DNA from: Aotus nancymaae
Taxonomy: Eukaryota
Assembly: GCF_030222135.1 (NCBI RefSeq)
Contig: NW_026988420.1
Location: forward strand, 6,515,875 to 6,579,874
DNA: 64,000 nucleotides
Direction of reading: 5' to 3'
The position numbers and the translations under genes were made by a program. Shown here piece by piece: positions 53,636 through 64,000 of the stretch (position 1 is the first letter of the stretch; every line of letters starts with the position of its first letter). Under the pieces are notes generated by a model. The model was not told the DNA's origin. It saw only the letters and a program-made list of their open reading frames with translations, and did not search any database.

Positions 53636-54522
53636 TGAGCGATCTCAAAATTCCATGTGACTTCATTAACCCATTGCAGTTGAGCTTATCCTCTTCAGCA
53701 ATAGTCAAGGCTAAAACCTGTGGAAACTTGCTAAGATGTCATGGTGCAGAAAGTATAATGGGGTGTGCAGCACAGACAGCAGACCCGCTGTCGAGTGAGG
53801 AAGCCCAGGGTTTGAGTGTCACCCTGCCACCCTGCAATTTTGAAACTGCAAGACGTTTTGCATTCCATCTTCTCTCCGATGGGAATGAGAGGCAGTACCC
53901 GCATGACAGAATTGCTGTAAGGGTTGAAGGGGAAATTGAAGGCTGAGTAAATTGTCACATGTGGTACATGTGTTAGCAGCAGTAGTGCACACATACGAGA
54001 GGGTGTTCACTTCTCAGATCATCACGAGCCCAAACAATTACAGTATTAATTAGTAGGACCGTAAAAACACATTAACACTTTTGGCCGGGCTCAAATTCTT
54101 TTTTATCAGAAATGCGTGAGTTCATGTGTGCTCAGAGGTGACTCCAATTTTTTCTCTGGGAGTCATTAAATGAAATATCTGGTAAGATGATATGTATTTA
54201 TATTTCCTAACCTTATCTGTATGTTTGTACCACTTAGAATAGGATGTGAACGTTTTTCAACATGCTGTCGTAGGAGCTGACTCAGTCTTCTGTAGGTTGT
54301 TTCATGTCATGCCAGAATGCTTGTGTAGTACCATAAATGATAGTGACTGAGCCTTTCTACATTACAAACCAGGGAACGCAGACACCTGGATTCAGGCTTC
54401 AGCCACGTTCGAGACAGTCTGAAGACCTCCGTGTATTTGTGTGTATATTTAAATGTATGTCAAGTAATGCTAAGTTTTCAAGAGGACATGCCACAGTCTC
54501 TACATTAAAAAGGCAGAAGAGC

Positions 54523-54643
54523 ACATGCCTGTAGTCCCAGCTACTCAAGAGGCTGAGGCAGGAGGATTACTTGAGCACAGGAGTTCAAAACCAGCCTGGG
54601 CAACATAGTGAGACCCCCATCTCTACCAAAAAAAAAAAAAAGC
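54523..54643 (+). mobile_element. Alu right-arm fragment with poly-A
   Basis: catgcctgtagtcccagctactcaagaggctgaggcaggaggattacttgagcacaggagttcaaaaccagcctgggcaacatagtgagacccccatctctaccaaaaaaaaaaaaa. Confidence 0.75.
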
Positions 54644-54702
54644 GAAAAGGAGAAAAAAAAACTAAGCAGAAGTGTCTTTAAAAAAAAAAAAAAAAAAAGG
54701 GC

Positions 54703-54998
54703 AGGCCAGGTATGGTGGCTCACACCTATAGTCCCAGCACTTTGGGAGGTCAAGGCAGGTAGATCCCTGAGTCCAGGAGTTCAAGACCAGCCTGGGCAAC
54801 GTGGCTAAACCTCATCTCTACAAAAAAAACACCAAAACATTAGCTGGACATGGTGGTGTGTGCACCTGTAGTCCCAGCTGCTCAGAAGGCTGTGATGGGA
54901 GGATTATCTGAGCCAGAGAAGACGAGTCTACCATGAGCGGAGATTGTGCCACTGCACTCCCACTTGGGTGACAGAGTGAGATGCTGTCTCAAAAAAAA
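54703..54998 (+). mobile_element. Alu SINE
   Basis: ggcaggccaggtatggtggctcacacctatagtcccagc...cttgggtgacagagtgagatgctgtctcaaaaaaaa. Confidence 0.85.
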
Positions 54999-55183
54999 GG
55001 CAGAAGGCAACTCCCATTTTTCTCACGTGGGTTCACTTGCTTTTCAGAATTGGCTATTGAAAATCATAAAATGCTATTTGCCCATTTTCCCTAAAATATA
55101 ATGCATGAAGGCATGGAGAGGAATAAAGATCAAAATTACAGAAAGTAGACAGGGATGGTTTTGAAAGCTAATGGTAACATTTT

Positions 55184-55311
55184 TAACATTTAGATTATCA
55201 GTTACCAGATGCCAAAACTTCCAGCAGCAGCACCAAGGCCGGCCTCCAGGATGCTTCTGGGAACTTGGTCCCTCTGGAGGATGTCCACATCAAGGGCAGA
55301 ATCATAGACAT
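55184..55311 (+). CDS. PARP4: PARP4 coding exon 14
   Basis: ttttaacatttag| acceptor; (D)YQLPDAKTSSSSTKAGLQDASGNLVPLEDVHIKGRIIDIVAQ; donor cccag|gtatgt. Confidence 0.9.
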
Positions 55312-58125
55312 TGTAGCCCAGGTATGTTGTTCGTGGCTGTATAATACTTAAACTACATGGATGTAAACCATAAATGAGAATCTGATTGCAGTTAGGTGAA
55401 CTGAAGGAAACAGATACATTTCTAAATTCATTTATTCAAGAGGTATTCACTGCGCACTCCGTGCCAGGGACTATCTAGGCTCTAGTTATCCAGCAATGCA
55501 CAATACAAGAGCTCTGCCCATGTGGAGCACACACCGCGTGGGGGAACAGGCAGTAAACATGATGAATGAGTGAAACACATCACATGTTAGATGGGGACAG
55601 GTGCTAAAGAGAAAGATGAAAGCAGGAGGGGATAGGAGCTGTGAAAGACGGGGCTTCGAACCTGTAAATAGAATGGCCAAGGAGGCCTCCCTGAGAAGGT
55701 GACGTCTGCATACAGACCTGAAGGAAGTGGGGGCTCACCTGTGTGGACATGGGGGGATGCTTATCCCAGGCAGCGGGAGCAGCACATGCCAAGGCCCTGA
55801 GGTAGGAGGCTGGTCTGGTCCAGGCAGGCCAAGGAGGCCACTGTGGCTGCAGTGCAGTGGAAAGGGGAGAGTGCGTGGGGACTGAGTCAGAGACGTGAGG
55901 GGCTCTCACATCAGGACACAGGTCATGCTGTCCTTGACTCTGAGTGAAATGGAAGCTTCTAGATGTTTGGCAGAGGAACAACAGGAATAGACCTATGTTT
56001 TAACAGGCTTACTCTGGCCACCATGTTGGGAACAGGAACAGGACCAGTTGGAAGAAATGTTAGGTCAAGTTCCCTGGAAAACAGATTCTGGATGGAATTC
56101 ATCTTCAGGAAGCTTGTGGGACTGTGCCTGTGGGAACGACATCTGTGACGGAGTGAGGGAGGCAGGATGTGGCACAGGAGACAACAGAGTCCTCAGATGA
56201 TCTTGGGGGAAGCTCTGGGCTAGAATGGTCCTTGAGAGAAGGTCTGAATGGGCAAGGGGGTTGGGCTTTATATCCCCACTGGGGCCAGGCCTGGGATGTG
56301 GGCTGCTCCGGGAGGGGTCAGAACCTTGGCTAAGGCTGTTTGTCTTTGGCTGAGGATGGTTCCTGGGGAGGGGCCCCACGGGTGACACTCCTAGCAGTCT
56401 CGGACCTGAAGGGGACACTGCGGGCCCAGCGTCACATCACATAGAGGAGACGATTGACAGAATTCAGTTAAGGGAGCTGGCGATGTGAAGAAGAACGTTT
56501 GCAGTGGGGGTGTAGGAAGTGATGGACTCTGCCAAGGCCAGAGCGCAGGGCTAACCAGATCGATGGGGATGGGACACGAGAGAAAGACAGTGGCCCAGAT
56601 GACAGCAGGGTGTTTGCCCTGAACAACTAGAAGGATCATGTTTGCCCTTTCTAGAATGGGCAGAGTCACGGGAGGGCAGGTTGGAAGCCATCAGGAGTTT
56701 ATCTTTGGCCAAGTAGGTCTTGTTGACTACCTAGGACCAGGGAGGAGACCCAGGCTGTACTTACAACTGGGGAGTCAGCAGCATTCAGGTAGTGTTTAAA
56801 GTCAGCCCAGATTGAACACCCAGAGAATCAGTAGAGAGAACAGAGACCAACATGGAGAGGTGTGGGCGCAGGCTGAGTCAGACATGGAGCCCAGGAGGGA
56901 GTGGCTGTGGAGACACGAGGCCAGCTGACCAGGGAGGGGAGGAAAGGCTGCTGTGGGTCTCGCGAATAACAACCCAGCCCTGACCTTTGGATTTACTGGT
57001 GAGATCGTTGGTGACCTTTGCCTTTTGATGGTGTGGTGGGGGTGAAAGGCTGATCACAGTGAGTTCAAGAGAGAATGGAAGGAAGAATTGGGAGACAGAG
57101 GAGAGAAGATGAGACAGCAGCTGAAGAGAAGTGGGATTGAGTGTTTTTCTCCTTTTAAGACACAAGACACCCCAGGATGCACCTCTGTCTCATCTTGGGC
57201 AGCTGGCCAGAACGGAATTCCAGGAATCCCGTTGGCAAGGGATTCTGTCTCCAGGAGGGTGCTGACCTGCTGATTTGGGGAGACTCCAATAGCTTATATT
57301 AACAAGGACTCCTTGAAAAATTGTGCCTGGCACCCTGCACACTCTAGGGGCAGCCCAGCTTGCAGCAAATCTAGGTGTGGACAATATTTTCAAAGAAGTT
57401 AGATTCTATTTTCATTTTGGTCTCTTCCCTGGATTCTTGATTACAGATTGTTAAATATTTTTGGCTTATTATTGTCACATGTTTAAAGTCTTACTGTTTA
57501 TTATGCATCTGAGTAGTTTTTTCTTTATTTTCAAATATTTAAAGCCTCCTGCTTTTCCTGAGTGAAGGAGTGTGAGAAGAGTCTATTAGAAAGATGAATT
57601 AGATAATAGAAACCACAGAGAGGAGTGGAGAAGACTTGATTCTGGAAGAACCAAGGCCTGAAGAGATGAGGAGCTAGATGAGGGCTGTGTAGAGAGGGGA
57701 AAGCCACAGAGAGGTCCCCAGGAGGAAATACCAAGACCTGAGAGCCGATAGGATAGAAGGACTGTTCTGAAATCTTTTCCAGCCCACATGGCACTAAGGA
57801 GGCATCAAAGCCCACAACACAAAAGGGGTGATTTTCCAGCCATCTCAACAAAAGCCATATTGCCCCCACTAAGCCAGGGTTGGTAAGACTTCAGGTGACT
57901 TATATTCCAGTCGGACATGTATGAACCAAACTATGGGAATGGTGTATTTTATCACATGACACAGGCTCTCCATTGTAGAACGGAAGCCAGGGTTGGGAAT
58001 TTGAGGGATGTGATACAAATGCAAGGCATTTCAAATAAATACGCAAGATCATTTTCACTCATCGTTGTTCCTGCAGATGTTGTCCATGTGGTCTCATCAG
58101 ATGTATGGATTGTTTTCTTCTTCAG

Positions 58126-58257
58126 GTCATTGTTTTTCAGACATACACAAATAACAGTCATGTGCCCATTGAAGCAAAATATATCTTTCCTTTGGATGAC
58201 AAGGCTGCTGTGTGTGGCTTTGAAGCCTTCATCAATGGGAAGCACATAGTTGGAGAG
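58126..58257 (+). CDS. PARP4: PARP4 coding exon 15 (start of VIT domain)
   Basis: tgttttcttcttcag| acceptor; VIVFQTYTNNSHVPIEAKYIFPLDDKAAVCGFEAFINGKHIVGE; donor gagag|gtaagg. Confidence 0.9.
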
Positions 58258-58538
58258 GTAAGGGGAGAAGATGCATCATGCCTGTGCTCTGCTTTCGAAG
58301 TCAGCTTCCATTTCCTGGAATCTTCATTTTCTGAGTCCCCGTGGCTATAAAGTTGAATAGCAGCCTTATAAAACGAGAATATTCTTTGAAGAACCAGTTC
58401 CTGCACAGTGAGCCTCCCTGAGACATCCCTCCCTGATGAATGATTTCTACCCCTCTCCATCCAATCTTCGTCGTCGGTGTCTTGTACATTCTTAGCCTTG
58501 GCACTGTAAGAGTGATTTCAATATGAAAAGTTTAAGAG

Positions 58539-58838
58539 GGCCAGGTGCAGTGGCTCGTGCCTGTAATCCCAGCAGTTTGGGAGGCTGAAGCAGGCAGATC
58601 ACTTGAGGTCAGGAATTCAAGACCAGCCTGACTAACATGGTAAAATCCCAGCTCTACTAAAAATACAAAAATTAGCCAGGCATGGTGGCATATGCCTGTT
58701 AATCCCAGCTACTCAGGAGGCTGAGGCAGGAGAATCACTTGAGTCCAGGTGGCATAGGTTGCAGTGAGCCAAGATCATGCCACTATACTCCAGCCTGCGC
58801 AACAGAGTGAGACTTTGTCTCAGAAAAAAAGAAAAAAG
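58539..58838 (+). mobile_element. Alu SINE
   Basis: gggccaggtgcagtggctcgtgcctgtaatccc...ctgcgcaacagagtgagactttgtctcagaaaaaaagaaaaaa; TSD aaaagtttaagag. Confidence 0.9.
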
Positions 58839-59357
58839 TTTAAGAGAGACACATTGGAAAATTGGTGAAGCCCTTATTATATATTTTTGTAAAACCTGAT
58901 CCCTGGAATCCTGTTACAAAAGTAAAGCTGAAATGAAAGCTATTACAACTTTCTAAAATCAAACAACAACAACAGCAACAAAACAGCTGATTAATTTTTT
59001 GTTTATTGTAAGGATTAGCCCACAGTTGCAATTATAAACTACAATTTACTAAATTTAAAGTAGTTATTATTTTTTTGTTCAACATAAACTCCCAACCAAA
59101 AAAAAAATTTTTCACTATTGATTTTGAAATATATTGGTCCCAACTTAAAGAGAATTCTCTTTAGTTGGCCTTTTCTGGTTCAGATTCTCATCAAATAAGT
59201 ATATTTCAATGATCACTTTAAACAAGTTTCCATTCATCTTACTTAGACTTAGTTTTCAGTTTCTGCCTGGGTTTTAATAAACATTGATGTTGTTTTCTTT
59301 ATTAAAGACTGAATTCACTCTTCATGTAAGGAATGATTGAAAAATCATCTTTTCCAG

Positions 59358-59444
59358 ATTAAGGAGAAGGAAGAAGCCCAGCGAGAGTACCGAGAAGCCA
59401 TGAGCCGGGGTGACGGCGCTTATCTGATGAGCCAGGATGCCCCG
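59358..59444 (+). CDS. PARP4: PARP4 coding exon 16 (VIT domain, continues beyond the window)
   Basis: atcttttccag| acceptor; IKEKEEAQREYREAMSRGDGAYLMSQDAP; donor ccccg|gtatgg. Confidence 0.9.
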
Positions 59445-59770
59445 GTATGGCTTGGTGTGCGTGCTGCATGCATACACGAAAGGGAAAGAGTCCAAACGGG
59501 ACTTGAAATACACAATTCATGCTAGAGGCTGAGATAATTTACACTGTTGTAGGCCCCAGAATTTCACTTGCTGTAAGTTAGAGGAAGCCATGCCAGTTAG
59601 ACCCATTTGATTTATCTAAACAAAGGAAGAAATGGCCTCAGTAGTTCCAGACAAACAGGAAGAGAGCTAGGCCCATCATTGGGAACTGAGTCTCCCAGAA
59701 GGAATGACAGACAAAAATATAACATTTGAGGTATATAACTTTCATCTTCTGAAAAGAGTGTGATATATTG

Positions 59771-60065
59771 TCCAGGCACGGTGGCTCACACCTGTAATCC
59801 CAGCACTTTGGGAGGCCATGGCAGGAGGATCATCTGAGGTCAGGAGTTCAAGAAGAACCTGGCCAACATGGTGAAACCCCGTCTCTACTAAGAATACAAA
59901 AATTAGGCCGGTGTGGTGGCGAGCACCTATAATCCCAGCTACTGGGGAGCCTGTGGCAGGAGAATCGCTTGAACCCAGGAGGCAGAGGTTTCAGTAAGCC
60001 AAGATTGTGCTGTTGCATTCCATCCTGGGCAACAAGAGCAAAACTCCATCTCAAAAAAAAAAAAA
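59771..60065 (+). mobile_element. Alu SINE
   Basis: tccaggcacggtggctcacacctgtaatccc...poly-A; TSD agtgtgatatatt. Confidence 0.9.
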
Positions 60066-60866
60066 GTGTGATATATTTACAGTTTTCCTGGACATAAGCT
60101 CACCTAGCAGATGGTCCAGTCATAAAGCAGGGAGACATTTCTGCCGGGTCCTGCGCAAGCCCAGCTCCTGTGCTTTTAGGTGATTAGCTCTAGCAGGGAC
60201 GTGACGTGGACAGTGTGGAAGAGGGAACAGCTGGCAGGTCCACTAGACTACTTTCCTTAAATACCAGATGTTTCCACGAGGCCTCTGGCAGGTGCTAGAT
60301 CGTGTGTAGTCAGCATCTAATTCTACTGCAGGTATTTTAGTTGTTTTTGCAGATGGGGCCGTATGTTTGAGTGTCACCTCTGAGGGTGACACATTGCCAT
60401 GGTGTTTTGAAAATTTAATGTTTGCCGGGGCTATGGGCATGTTGAAGATTAGTATAGATCTAAGGGGTAAATTATTGCTTTTGACATCTAAGATATCCAC
60501 TTTCAGGATGGGAATAAGCAATGAAGAGGTGATTATTGAACAGTTAACAATGTTAGTTCCATGTATGGCCAAACTATGTATAGAAGCCTGGGGTTCATTT
60601 GAGAGGCTGCCACTTAATACTGTCACGTTATCCTCCTATGTGAGTTGGTGAAATGTTTCCTCCTCAATACCTACACATTTCCCTAGGAATATGGTCACAA
60701 GAAAACAGTCTTCGCAAAAGATATTACCTATGGGTAAAGTCTGATCAGAACTATTGCTAACCCAAGCCTTCAGGTCTCCCAGAATGTATTGACATCTTGT
60801 GACTATAATGTTCTCATATCATAATATATGGTTTTCATGTGTTGTTATATAAATACCATATATGCT

Positions 60867-61020
60867 AGGTGCAGTGGCTCATACCTGTAATCCCAGCAGT
60901 TTGGGAGTCCAAGGTAGGAGGATCACTTGAGCCCAGGAGTTTGAGGCTGCAGTGAGCTGTGATCATACCACTACACACCAACCTGGGCAACAGAGCAAGA
61001 TTCTGTCTCTAAACAAACAG
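60867..61020 (+). mobile_element. Alu with central deletion
   Basis: gctaggtgcagtggctcatacctgtaatcccagcagtttgggagtccaaggtaggaggatcacttgagcccaggagtttgaggctgcagtgagctgtgatcataccactacacaccaacctgggcaacagagcaagattctgtctc. Confidence 0.75.
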
Positions 61021-61634
61021 ATCTTAGCGTAGGAATCCCTCCATCTAAGCTTTGCCTGCCTTCCCCCAGGAAAGATCCATGGTTTCATTTTCCCATGGCA
61101 ACCTGAACATATTTGTCTTATAACTCTTAATATACTATTTGTAAATATAGATGTCTAGCTTGTAATCCCCAATATTTAAGTGTGGAAGTAACAGAAAGGG
61201 ATGGTTAATGGTAAAATAAAGAGAAAATGGCGGTGCCGAAACCAAGGATGAAGTCAGTGCCCTGCTGGGATGACTCATGTCCTCCCGATTGCCAGATTAA
61301 ATGGCAGTGTTTCCAAGACCTCGATTTGTGTGACCATTTGATGATTTTCTCCTTTTCAAAACATCTAGACTGACTTATTACCATAAGCCTATACTATTTA
61401 GATAGCATACTGTCGAGTTTTGTTACTTTATCCAATCTGATAGTTTCTGCACTTTGTATTGTTTAGATCATTTTCATTTCATACAATGACTGATCTGGTG
61501 GGATTTATATCTACCATTTTGCTAGTTGTTTTCATTTGTACTATTTGTTCTTTGTTCCTTTCCCTCTCTTTTCCTGCCTTCTCTTGTGTTTGTTTTTAAA
61601 TGATTCCATTGTATCTTCATTATTGGCTTATTAA

Positions 61635-61982
<348 letters not shown>

Positions 61983-61987
61983 TGATG

Positions 61988-62283
61988 GTGTGCTAGCTCA
62001 TGCCTGTAATCTCAACAATTTGGGAAGCCGAGATAGATGGATCACTTGAGCCCAGGAGTTCAAGACCAGCTCGAGCAACATGGTGAAACCCTGGATCTAC
62101 AAAAAATACAAAAATTAGCCGGATGTGGTGACATGTGCCTATAATCCCAGGTACTTCAGGAGCTGAGGTAGGAGAATCACTTGAGCCTGAGAGGTTGAGG
62201 CTGCAATGAGTTATAATGGCACCACTGTACTCCAGCCTGGGCAATAAAGTGAGATCCTGTCTCAAAAAATTAAAAAAAAAAAA
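61988..62283 (+). mobile_element. Alu SINE
   Basis: gtgctagctcatgcctgtaatctcaacaatttgggaagccgagatagatggatcacttgagcc...ctgggcaataaagtgagatcctgtctcaaaaaattaaaaaaaaaaa. Confidence 0.85.
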
Positions 62284-62683
62284 GTTTTGATTGTTGCTGT
62301 AAAACAACGTGTTAAATATGTGTTAAATATGGTAGCCACTGATTACATGTAGCTATTTACATTTAAATATAAAATAAAATGTTTCACTTGGCCAGTGGCT
62401 ATCTTATTACTTAGTGCATATATAGAACATTTTTATCATTGTAGAAAGTCACATTGGTCAGCACTGCTTTAGGGTTTACTGCTATATACATTTTAACTTA
62501 CTACATTCAGCCTGCAACATTATACTACTTCATGTATAAGAACCTTACAATCAGTATACATTACATTACAACTAGTCTATTTTCGTTTTTTTCCAATACC
62601 CTTTGTGATATTGTTGCTGTGTATTTTATTTCTTCATATGTTATAAATCCTACAACGTGTCATTATATATTCAACTATCTTTT

Positions 62684-64000
<1,317 letters not shown>

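Noticed and set aside
60243-60660. Overlapping ORFs on both strands (127 aa minus, 94 aa plus) in non-repeat intronic DNA; tested as the next PARP4 exon
   Set aside because: The translation does not match the expected next PARP4 segment (DVFTVSVGNLPPKAK...) and there are no convincing splice sites. The next PARP4 exon is presumably beyond 64000. No other homology recognised.

Overview
This is primate nuclear genomic DNA, not prokaryotic: roughly 50 Alu SINEs, several L1 LINEs and a Tigger1 DNA transposon, set in AT-rich sequence with one strong CpG island. The main gene is the 5' half of PARP4 (vault poly-ADP-ribose polymerase) on the + strand. There is a CpG-island promoter with a probable non-coding exon 1 at about 15.2-15.9 kb, then 16 intact coding exons from the ATG at 24651 to 59444. 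All splice sites are canonical and the reading frame is continuous. The 712 encoded residues cover the BRCT domain, the PARP catalytic domain (HGS...GIYF...DDEFVVY, with the H-Y-E triad intact) and the start of the VIT domain. Later exons lie beyond the window end. Upstream of PARP4, on the opposite strand and head-to-head with it, lies a partial genomic duplicate of CENPJ. At least five exon-like blocks at 5229-10500 match CENPJ exons ~3-7 and their short introns. This copy carries frameshifts, a mutated splice donor and an Alu inserted into the large exon, so it is a duplicated pseudogene fragment rather than the functional gene. A near full-length but defective L1 (minus strand, with 5'UTR) fills 1-5150 and ends 79 bp from the CENPJ-like exon donor. 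Other structures worth a second look are a 39-bp x4.5 G/C-rich minisatellite inside the PARP4 CpG island, a CpG-containing ~32-bp x11 minisatellite with a 97-bp higher-order period in intron 1, an inverted-duplication palindrome carrying mirrored dinucleotide microsatellites in intron 1, and a perfect 36-bp tandem duplication. Nothing suggests a novel defence or mobile system of the prokaryotic kind. This is an ordinary Alu-rich primate gene region with some structural oddities. The encoded PARP4 differs at several percent of residues from the human reference as I recall it, so the source may be a non-human primate or a diverged paralogous copy. Alignment would be needed to settle that.
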